DNA of 64,000 nucleotides from Macrostomum lignano (Eukaryota): the NCBI GenBank assembly GCA_002269645.1, contig NIVC01003109.1, forward strand, positions 1-64,000. The letters are read 5' to 3'. The notes beneath the pieces were generated by a model. It did no database searches, was not told the origin of the DNA, and was given only the letters and a program-made list of their open reading frames with translations. The position numbers and the translations under genes were made by a program. How positions within the stretch are numbered: the stretch's first letter is position 1; each line of letters opens with the position of its first letter. This document shows, in pieces, positions 11,095-21,226 of this stretch.

Positions 11095-11880
11095 CTAAAC
11101 CTGTTTTATACGTAAAATTATTGTTATTGACTGCCCACCAAAACTTATTAATCTATCGCTTTCATCTACAATCCTAATATAAATTGATTGAACACTATAT
11201 TGATTTAAAGGATAATATATTGGGGTTTGAGGCGATACAATCATTTTCTCTCCAATTGGAACAGCAAGAAATGGGATTGAATAAATAATTCCACGTTGAA
11301 CCAAAACTCCGTTATCGTCTGTTATATAACCACCGTTTGAAATGTCGGTTGTTATATTAATTGTATTTACTCCACCCTCTATATTTCCAACTGTATCACC
11401 GGTGCTTGATGTGGTAACTATTCGGGAATTAAATCCAAGTATGGTTCTGAGTGAATTTGCAATTGTGAAATCAACCTGATATCCGGATCCTAGTGATAGT
11501 GTGAATCTGCCAGACGGTAAATCAACACCTATAACAATTGCTCCTGCTACCCAATCACCATTAGTTGTTAATTCTCCTTCTATATAAGCATTCAAATCAG
11601 TATAGCTATACGCTCCTGGGTTAACGCTAAATGTTGTCCAATTGGCTCCGGAATCTTTAGAATATCTAAATTGATTATTTGTTGCATTAATTAATTGAGG
11701 CATGTTGAAAACCGAAAATAGTATTAAACCTATTTGATAACTTAGGCTTTGATCAAGTTGTAATGGATCGCGCAATTGAATCCGTTGCTCGCTGGTTGTC
11801 ATTATAAACTGTAATGTTGTACTAAATTTTGAATTAGTTCGATCTACCAATTGTTTTATAGTATTTAAATTTGTAGTCAT
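11095..11880 (-). CDS. mCP: Minor capsid (penton, single jelly-roll) protein
   Basis: Size, position and motifs (NNQFRY, GAYSY.DLN, PIYYPL...IRIVDE..RLISFGG.SITIILRIK) typical of Polinton pentons. Confidence 0.85.
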   Translation of the reverse strand: MTTNLNTIKQLVDRTNSKFSTTLQFIMTTSEQRIQLRDPLQLDQSLSYQIGLILFSVFNMPQLINATNNQFRYSKDSGANWTTFSVNPGAYSYTDLNAYIEGELTTNGDWVAGAIVIGVDLPSGRFTLSLGSGYQVDFTIANSLRTILGFNSRIVTTSSTGDTVGNIEGGVNTINITTDISNGGYITDDNGVLVQRGIIYSIPFLAVPIGEKMIVSPQTPIYYPLNQYSVQSIYIRIVDESDRLISFGGQSITIILRIKQV

Positions 11881-11904
11881 TTTTATAGTGGGAAATTAAT
11901 CGTG

Positions 11905-12699
11905 CTATGTCTCTTCTTCCTCATTATCTTCTTTTATCAAATTTGTTAAAATTCTATGTTTCCTTTCTAACCTCGGATTGATATAAATATGTTTGTATTG
12001 GCTATCATCCCAAATTTTTTTACACATACTTTTAAATGGTTTTGCGTCCAATCCGGGATTAAATCTAGCGTGTATATTTTGTAAATCATAATTATCTAAA
12101 TCAAACATTACACAACAACTTGCATTCTTTTTTATAATCGATTCTAATTCTCTAAAGGATTGAGTAAGATAAAAAGCTCCAATTCCATCTCCTCTACCAC
12201 TAACAAAAATTTCCTTTTGCAATTCTTGATCACCGTCATTAATACAATCATCAAAAATAATTAGTGTTTTATCATGTTTTGGAATTTGATCATAGGCTAA
12301 TCGGGTTGATACTCTAACAGTTGGGGCTCGATCGGACGAAGTCCGCGACCCTTCGGGGCGATCGGTGATGTTTTCTGGCTGTTGTGCCATTGTTTTACAT
12401 AAATCCTCAATGTCTGCTAGATTAAATCGCGGTTCGTCATCATCCTCATATTGCTCATATGCTCTTAACATTCTAAACAAGACATCTTTTTTTAATTTGT
12501 TTTTTAATCCATGTTTAAGAAATTCATAATATTTTATTCTAGGTTTATTAGTATAAATTATTAAATTATTATAGTCTAACATTCCATCTGTTGTTAATAA
12601 ATCGTAAACAAAGTGTGTTTTTCCTTTACCCGACCCTCCGATTACTAAACAAAGAAAAGGATCATTTGGAAATATTTTATTGTGTTTTGCCTTTACCAT
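11905..12699 (-). CDS. ATP: A32/FtsK-like DNA packaging ATPase
   Basis: Walker A GGSGKGKT, Walker B LIIFDD, SGRG...YLTQ motif. Confidence 0.93.
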   Translation of the reverse strand: MVKAKHNKIFPNDPFLCLVIGGSGKGKTHFVYDLLTTDGMLDYNNLIIYTNKPRIKYYEFLKHGLKNKLKKDVLFRMLRAYEQYEDDDEPRFNLADIEDLCKTMAQQPENITDRPEGSRTSSDRAPTVRVSTRLAYDQIPKHDKTLIIFDDCINDGDQELQKEIFVSGRGDGIGAFYLTQSFRELESIIKKNASCCVMFDLDNYDLQNIHARFNPGLDAKPFKSMCKKIWDDSQYKHIYINPRLERKHRILTNLIKEDNEEEET

Positions 12700-12782
12700 T
12701 TTTAAAGAAATAATTTAAATAGGCGCGACGGTCGGAGACCTGCGCCGCTTACAGCGGGGGCGACGTGCTTTGCACTGCGACA

Positions 12783-14255
12783 CTAAAGTGGCGCGTCCCG
12801 AACAATCGTGCCATCAGCTTTAGCAATTGACATATATTCCTCTAGAAACAATACGTGGGCGTCAAGTGCCTGATTACCGGTTTTATTAATCTCTAACATA
12901 TAATTAAGTCCAATATTGGCTACGTTTTCTTTCTGTGCCGTTAGATCATAAACAACCACTGGATGAATGTTTAGAAACTCTGTGGGTGTATACTGAGGGA
13001 CGGCATACGCTTCATTTTTGGCATAATCTTGATAATATTTTATAAAATCATTAACATTATTATTTGCTATATTTAAATTTAGGGGGTCTTTAACCGGATA
13101 ATATTGATCATCAACCTGCAGGCGGATATTCTGAACATTAAACTCGTTAATAGCTGCAGCCGCATTGTCTGTTGCGGTGGCTGCTTGTTCTGCTATGGCA
13201 CCGGATTGAAGCCAATATAAATCCCCATTTGCTCTTTTACTCCTTCTATTTGTTATCTTAAACCAAACAAAAATATATCTCACCCGACGTTTTGATGTCA
13301 GTATTTGCCACTGGAATGAATCCTGGTTATTATTAATGGTTCGCATAAAATGTCGACGATTCAAATAAAATATTTCCTGATCATGCGTTAACTGATTATC
13401 GATGTGTTTTAAAAGTGGGGCTGTTACCTCAATAGTTGGTACGACTAATTGAATTGAATCTATACGAACTGCTATATCGGTTGAAATTGAGGTTCCATAA
13501 AGTATCCTAGGCTGATATCCACCAGATATTTGCAACTGTATCCCAAATTTTAATCCTTTCCATACCCGATTTGGTGAGAAAAACCCAAATAGTGGAAAGA
13601 TTGAAAAGTCCTGCTCATATGCTGTTGCTGTGGTTAAAACCGCGACTGGGAATTTATTCTGACGATCTATAAAACCAGTATTAATATCTTTTGTATTAGT
13701 CATAGTGGTTACAACTGGAACTATGTTTGTATTAAGGTAAACAATTAGCGCTGCAGTATCTGCACCGGCTGCGTTTTGTACATTAGGGAAAACTACTGCT
13801 TGACCGTTACCTTTATCCGGCATCCACCCAACATTATCACCAACTTGTTTTGATAAATAAGTATAATTTAAATGTTTCAAAACTCCATTAATCTCTGCGG
13901 GGTTTGATGATGTCTCAACCTCAGCACCATTAACAGTTAGTTGAGCTTGGGAAAAACATTTATAAAACCAATCATTTTCTATTATTATTCCGGATCGATC
14001 TGCGATATCTCCGGCTGCAAGAGCAGTTCCATCATTTCTAGTATACAACCATCTAACGCGGAAAAACCCATTTTTCATATCCAATATAGTGTTGGTTGCG
14101 CCGATGTCAAAAGTTACCGTTCCAGTAGTAAAGTTATTTGAATTATCACTTGTTGGTAGGGTATAATTTAAATCTCTTGCTCTGACCTCATTAATATACT
14201 GTCGGTGCTTTTTGAAATGAAATTTATCACTCCACATAGTTTTTGTTTCAGCCAT
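12783..14255 (-). CDS. MCP: Major capsid protein (double jelly-roll), 490 aa
   Basis: Intact beta-rich ORF beside ATPase/penton; FSQAQLTVNG.EVE, RYIFVWF, VVYDLT motifs of Polinton MCPs. Confidence 0.85.
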   Translation of the reverse strand: MAETKTMWSDKFHFKKHRQYINEVRARDLNYTLPTSDNSNNFTTGTVTFDIGATNTILDMKNGFFRVRWLYTRNDGTALAAGDIADRSGIIIENDWFYKCFSQAQLTVNGAEVETSSNPAEINGVLKHLNYTYLSKQVGDNVGWMPDKGNGQAVVFPNVQNAAGADTAALIVYLNTNIVPVVTTMTNTKDINTGFIDRQNKFPVAVLTTATAYEQDFSIFPLFGFFSPNRVWKGLKFGIQLQISGGYQPRILYGTSISTDIAVRIDSIQLVVPTIEVTAPLLKHIDNQLTHDQEIFYLNRRHFMRTINNNQDSFQWQILTSKRRVRYIFVWFKITNRRSKRANGDLYWLQSGAIAEQAATATDNAAAAINEFNVQNIRLQVDDQYYPVKDPLNLNIANNNVNDFIKYYQDYAKNEAYAVPQYTPTEFLNIHPVVVYDLTAQKENVANIGLNYMLEINKTGNQALDAHVLFLEEYMSIAKADGTIVRDAPL

Positions 14256-14289
14256 TTTTTTAAGTTAAAAAAGTTTTTTATGTTAAAAA

Positions 14290-14955
14290 ATGAGTCAATT
14301 TATGGACGTTGATGGAGAGTTAGCGATTTATAAAGAGAAGCAAAGATATTCTGATTTTGTTAGAAATTTACAAAAAAGAAAGTTAGGAATACAATTAGCT
14401 GGTGAAAGATTTGCTGCTCCTTTTGTTAATCCTATTACTGGGAAAATTAGTGAACTAGAAAAAACAGATAAAGATCTTCTGGAAAAAATTGCTAAAAATA
14501 CGGAGCCAAAAGATGAGGAGGATGAGCCGCCTGCTTATGATGTTGATCAAGCGCTATTGAGAGTTGCAGAGATTAGACGTGCAGAACGGGGTGAAGTTGA
14601 TGAATATTCGAGAGCTGCACCAACTAGTATTGCTGTGACAGATTTAGGTAATGATAATTATCGAATTGGTGGGGTTGATAAAAATCGAAATGAACTATAT
14701 AGAGAACTGGGTGGAGCATTTAATATTATTATGAACCCTAGGGTAAAATTTAACCCTGAATTATATACTAGGGATGAATTAGTAAGTGCAAAAATTTTTT
14801 ATGATGAGTTGGGAGTAAGAGCTGCTAAAAATACCAGCTTGTATAAAAGGATTGTTAATTCTATAAATAACAAACCAGCTGTTGGAGAAGGATTTAAAAC
14901 ACCACGAAAACTTGTTTTAGCTGCTGCGAAAGCTGCTGGACATACTGGAGTTTAA
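14290..14955 (+). CDS. Polinton conserved-type hypothetical (possibly PZ-like core) protein, 221 aa
   Basis: Intact ORF; N-terminal helical/basic segment and C-terminal GEGF motif; family assignment uncertain. Confidence 0.55.
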   Translation: MSQFMDVDGELAIYKEKQRYSDFVRNLQKRKLGIQLAGERFAAPFVNPITGKISELEKTDKDLLEKIAKNTEPKDEEDEPPAYDVDQALLRVAEIRRAERGEVDEYSRAAPTSIAVTDLGNDNYRIGGVDKNRNELYRELGGAFNIIMNPRVKFNPELYTRDELVSAKIFYDELGVRAAKNTSLYKRIVNSINNKPAVGEGFKTPRKLVLAAAKAAGHTGV

Positions 14956-14982
14956 TTAATTGTTAAATTTATTTTTTATAAA

Positions 14983-15552
14983 ATGGATGAAACAAAAATT
15001 TGTACTACGTGTAAAATTGAGAAACCGATGACTAAAGAATTTTTTTGTTGGAGAAATGACACAAAAAAATTTAAAAATCTTTGTCGATCTTGTGAGAAAG
15101 TTAAATGTACTATGTGGAGAATAAACAATAAAGATAAATGTAATAAATATGCAAAAAATAAATATCGCACTGATGAAAATTTCAAAAATATTAGTCTAAT
15201 TAGAGCTAAAATAACTTGGGCATTGAGAACTTTTCATGACAAACATTATATCTCCTATCTTGGTTGCACAAAAGAATTCTTTTTTGATTGGTTAAATTTC
15301 ACAAGAAATTATTATGTTCCAAAAAATTATACTGGAAAGTTAGATATTGATCATTTCATTCCCGCTTCTTCATTTAATTACAAAGACGATGATCAGATTA
15401 AAAAGTCTGAAAATTGGAGAAATAAAAGATACTTAACTAGCGTAGATAATAACTATAAAAAAGTTAAACAACCAACAATTGAAGAATTTGCGAAACAATT
15501 GGTGCTATCATGTATTTTTAAGGCTATTAAAAATGAACCAAATAGTGTTTGA
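14983..15552 (+). CDS. Free-standing HNH-type endonuclease with N-terminal Cys4 motif, 189 aa
   Basis: CTTC...CRSC, YLGCT, IDHFIP...N...N pattern resembling NCLDV/phage HNH nucleases. Confidence 0.75.
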   Translation: MDETKICTTCKIEKPMTKEFFCWRNDTKKFKNLCRSCEKVKCTMWRINNKDKCNKYAKNKYRTDENFKNISLIRAKITWALRTFHDKHYISYLGCTKEFFFDWLNFTRNYYVPKNYTGKLDIDHFIPASSFNYKDDDQIKKSENWRNKRYLTSVDNNYKKVKQPTIEEFAKQLVLSCIFKAIKNEPNSV

Positions 15553-17110
15553 AGGAGGATTTTTAGACTTACAAAAAGGATTAACGAGCTTACCACCAAT
15601 CTTTACTACTGGTAAATATACAGGGGAACTACACCTACCATCAATGAACTTCACAGGTTAACCCGTGGCCTGAGTGAGGAAGGCAATGTCCTTGCTAGTC
15701 ACTATTTGTGGCGACATCTCCAAATTGCGTGAAACCCGTCATACAGCTTCAAGTACCACTTCAAGTGAGAAATCTTTTGAAGGAACAGAGGTAACTCCTC
15801 TTCCCAAAGGTAAAAAGCTTGAAGACACGGTGGCAATGCGCAGCCAAGCTCCTAAGTATTTTAAATATAAGGAGAAGGTTCAGAGAGCAGACGGAGATGG
15901 GCGGTAATTATCGCCGCTTAAGGTGTGCTCCAGCCTCTTTCGAAAGATTGAGGGTAAACTACCCGGCACTCGCTTAGATTTAAGATTAAATCCTGACAAT
16001 ACTCCAAAATCTGATTCAATTCCAATAAATGGGATTGATTGGTTAGCATACTATCACGACTTAGCATATAGAGATGCTGACAAGAACCCGCCCGAGGAAG
16101 CATTAAGATTAAAACATGAAGCCGATCAAAAAATGATTCAAGGATTAGATAACTTGCAGGGATTATCGGTAGGTCAAAAATTAACTAGGTGGATGGTTAA
16201 AAAGATCTTGCAGTCTAAAGTTAAATTTGGTTTAGGAATTAATTACAACCAACATGGTAATAATTGTGTCGAATGTTTGTTATTAAGTGGTAGTGGGCTA
16301 AGTTATGATAAGGCTAAGGTTCTTCATAAAGAATATCGAAAACCTAAATTTTATAGAAAAATCATGAACTTCAAAAAGAATGAAATTTGGTATGCTGATT
16401 TAATGTCGATGCCGAACGAAAGAGGATATAAATATATCTTAACCATATTAGATGGTTTTACTCGATACGCGTGGGCTGTTCCTTTAAAATCCAAAAAGGG
16501 AGAGGAGGTTGCTGCTGCTTTTAGAAGTCTTGGAGAAAAAAGCGAACGTTTGTGTGTTGACGAAGGAAAAGAATTTTACAATCCTCATATGTATAAATTA
16601 TATCATTTTGAAAAAGGACAAGAAAGGAAAAAAGACGCGAATGGGGAGTATATTAATAAAATTTATTCTATTTATGGAGAGAGTAAAAACGCATTAATAG
16701 AAAGATTTAATAGAACTTTAGGTAAGAAATTATGGTTTCAGTTTAGTCTTAATGCTAACCAAAAATGGGTAAAAATATTACCAGACGTAGTGAAAGATTA
16801 TAACAATTCATATCATTCAGCTATAAAGATGACTCCTCAACAAGCTTATAACAATCCTGAAAATGTTAGGGTTACTTTTGGAAAATTTGAAAAAAAGAAA
16901 ACTAAAGATTTTAAAGTTGGTGATTCTGTTTATATCTATAAATGGAAAGATAAGTTTGAAAAGGGAAGAAAAGGATATTGGAAGATAAGTGAGAAATTTA
17001 CCATCAGTAAAGTTTTAAATACCAATCCTACAACCTATATAATTGCTGATAAGGACGGTGAAGAAATATTGGGTTCTTTTTATGAAAATCAGATATTATC
17101 TGCAAACTAA
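15533..17110 (+). CDS. INT: PLA2-like domain-retroviral-type DDE integrase fusion, 424 aa; exon 1 15533-15658, exon 2 15962-17110
   Basis: Joining the exons in frame restores ELHLPSMNFTG|PGTRL...PIN..D..AYYHDLAY (parvovirus VP1u-type PLA2); integrase D(WYADL), D(VDEGKEF), E(IERFNRTL). Confidence 0.9.
15659..15961 (+). ncRNA. Group I self-splicing intron, subgroup IC1, 303 nt
   Basis: P1 with U.G at 5' splice site; P2.1; P3 CATCTCC/GGAGATG; P AAATTGCGTGAA; Q AATGCGCAGC; P5abc; P6; R GGTTCAGAGAGCA and S AAGGTGTGCTCC (P7 GAGCA/TGCTC); P8; P9 with GAAA loop; removal restores frame and GPGT motif. Confidence 0.92.
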
Positions 17111-17120
17111 GTTCGATCAG

Positions 17121-17345
17121 TTACTTAAGACAACATGGTAGTAAATTTTTTATAACAAACAAAAACAATATTATTACAATAATTGTTACTAATATTATTA
17201 TTGACATTTGTTCAACTGTTATCAAACTTAAATTTTCATTAAGTTCATTAATCGGCACATTTCCGATATAGGAATAGTTTACCTTCATTTTTTTATATAT
17301 ATTTTTCATAATAAAAGTCGTTTCTGTTATAGAATAATAATTCAT
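17121..17345 (-). CDS. Small single-pass membrane protein, 74 aa
   Basis: C-terminal hydrophobic helix IIILVTIIVIILFLFVI followed by PCCLK; A-rich start context. Confidence 0.5.
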   Translation of the reverse strand: MNYYSITETTFIMKNIYKKMKVNYSYIGNVPINELNENLSLITVEQMSIIILVTIIVIILFLFVIKNLLPCCLK

Positions 17346-17361
17346 TTTTTAAATATTTTTT

Positions 17362-17676
17362 TCACATAAAAATTTCACTTTCATTCTCTGAATCGCTGGT
17401 TTCATATGAACTATTTGTTGATTCGGAATCTGTTGATCTAACCTCCCAATCATCCGAATTTAAATAATCTCCAAGTTGAAATATTAACTCACCCTCTTGT
17501 TCTAAATCATACATCTCATCTAGCTCTAATGGATAAAGTTTTAGGTCGTGCTTGTCATCATATTTTAAATAAACTTCATCAATTATTCCATTCAAAATAT
17601 GTTGTTTTATTATCTCTGCATTTTTAGCAACAGTCTCAAAAGTATCACTAACAGAAAAGGTGTAAACTCGGTTCAT
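17362..17676 (-). CDS. Acidic hypothetical protein, 104 aa
   Basis: ATG in TATAAAAAATG context next to right TIR; D/E/S-rich tail. Confidence 0.55.
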   Translation of the reverse strand: MNRVYTFSVSDTFETVAKNAEIIKQHILNGIIDEVYLKYDDKHDLKLYPLELDEMYDLEQEGELIFQLGDYLNSDDWEVRSTDSESTNSSYETSDSENESEIFM

Positions 17677-17693
17677 TTTTTATAACAGAAAAA

Positions 17694-18014
17694 GACCCTT
17701 CGCGCCTGCGGCGCGTGCGACGGGTTCTAGAAAGTTTGTGTGTGTTGGAGAGAGTTAGAAGCGTTGACGATACAAAATACCCAGCAAACCAAAGCGAGCG
17801 ACGAGGGCGTGTTCTCACCATTCAAAAAGAATTAATCGTTGTAAGTGTGAAATGGCCTGTTTGACCGAAATGAAGCGAGGATGAGCGAAGCGAGTTGAGC
17901 GAAGTGAAGACGAGCGAAAATGAAGGGAAACAGGCCATTTCACACTGATAAAGGGTTAAATTGTTTGCAATGGTGAGAATGGTTTGCTGGGTATTTTGTA
18001 TGGTATATACTACT
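17694..18014 (-). repeat. Right terminal inverted repeat (321 bp)
   Basis: Reverse complement of 519-835 with four extra single bases. Confidence 0.95.
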
Positions 18015-18139
18015 TTTGCCAATGTAACGGAGCTTTTGTCTATGGTAGCAAGGCTGGCACAGCGGCATTTAATTTGGTCCAACAAGCATTAACTTGGTCC
18101 ATAGATTCATTTGCAACTGCTGTGGTGGAGCAAGATTAG

Positions 18140-18443
18140 CCTAAGAATTGTGGACCATATGCTGGGCTTGTGATCGAAGCACTGGACAGAGGTGAACACC
18201 CAAAGGACATTGCAAGGCTCCTGAATGTAAAAGAAAATATGGTTTACAACACCCGTCAGCGCGTTGAAACCACTGGCGGCAAAGATCGCCTGCCAAAGGG
18301 GTGAAAATCACCAAGACAAGTTGCGAGAGCCTCTGGTCCAACTGCTACTCGATGCAGTTGAGACGAACCCTTTGTTGACGTTGCAGAAAATGCAACAGAA
18401 GTTGAAGGATCTCCGTTGCATTGTTAAACCTTTCTTGGATTAA
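18140..18443 (+). pseudogene. Degenerate Tc1/mariner-like transposase N-terminal HTH remnant
   Basis: Manual translation: IEALDRGEHPKDIARLLNVKENMVYNTRQRVETTGGKDRLPKG* then, in another frame, LLDAVETNPLLTLQKMQQKL; no start, broken frame. Confidence 0.45.
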
Positions 18444-19503
18444 ATTCAATGCGGAAAAAGCTACGTATATTTAGCAAAAGATTTCCGACAGCTGACCAAA
18501 ATTCTGACAAGTCGGCAGAAACCAGGGCATGCTTAGCATTTAATCTGTCCAGATATTGTTGCAGGGTGAAAGTGACTTTATCTAAGCCATCAATGACGTC
18601 AAATCAACTGATATTCACTTGTGTGCAGTCGATTTATTCATGAGATAAATCTGGCACAGTCACGACTTAATATCACAGGTGTGACCAGTTGCTCATTAGC
18701 AGTTACCTTCTGTTCTTACTTTTGCACTCCTATACAACACTTATTATCTAGATAGTTCTCAAATTAATAACCAACACTGCTGAGTTCACGGCTGATAAAA
18801 CATAAGCGGCCATCTGCTATCTCATCTTCATCTTTGCGTCGCTGACCAAGCGCACTTCACCTGTCTAATTACAATCATTTCTGCAGGAGGGAGAACAGTG
18901 AAGAATTGGCGCAGAGTGTGAGCGACAGGTGCAACAATCTAGGCACCGAAGCGCTAATTCACCCAATAATATGAGGTATGCTGCAAAAAAAAATTCCACG
19001 CGTTTTTTCTAACGCGTCGGGAATTAAGAATTTGACGCACATACTAGCCGAATCTGGCCGAATAACACTATGCATGTTATAACACTATGCTACACAATTC
19101 ACAAAGCTACAATCAATACCATCTATGAGAAAAAATCTATAGTAGATTGGTGTATTCACGGGCAGCACGGATGCAACCGTTTTTATCTCCATAGTATCAT
19201 GCTAGAGTAGAGAGTTGGGATGTTTTAGAGTAGTAACGCAATCGTCTTTTCATAACATTCACTGGTTGGGCATCTGCTGATACAGAGGGGGGGGGGGCTT
19301 AATACGGCTTGTCGTTAGCCCAGTCCTCGTAGAAAATATCAATATCGCTGCAGGGGATTTTAGGCATATAAATACTACGCATATATTGACGGGTTCAATA
19401 CTTCTGCATTGACAGTTGGGAGTAGAGTGGCGGGATATAAGCCACAGCGAGCTCAGTAAAACTGAACTGCTGGCGGGCAAGTGCAAGGATTCCGTCAAGC
19501 TTT

Positions 19504-21226
<1,723 letters not shown>

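Larger units (their letters stand above)
519..18014. mobile_element. Complete Polinton/Maverick (adintovirus-like) element, 17,496 bp
   Basis: Ends 5'-AGTAGT...ACTACT-3', ~320-bp TIRs, identical 6-bp TSD TTTGCC at 513-518 and 18015-18020; full core gene set (pPolB, INT, ATPase, protease, MCP, mCP); AT-rich interior. Confidence 0.98.

Noticed and set aside
15674-15907. 77-aa ORF inside the intron as an intron-encoded homing endonuclease
   Set aside because: It runs through the ribozyme core helices, starts at GTG and has no His-Cys, LAGLIDADG, GIY-YIG or HNH motif
15657-15961. Spliceosomal (GT-AG) explanation for the PLA2 interruption
   Set aside because: GT at 15657 is available, but no AG acceptor near 15950-15965 restores the frame or the GPGT motif
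15923-15961. ORF-track start MCSSLFRKIEGKL of the integrase ORF
   Set aside because: GTG start lies inside the intron S/P9 region; the true N-terminus is exon 1 at 15533
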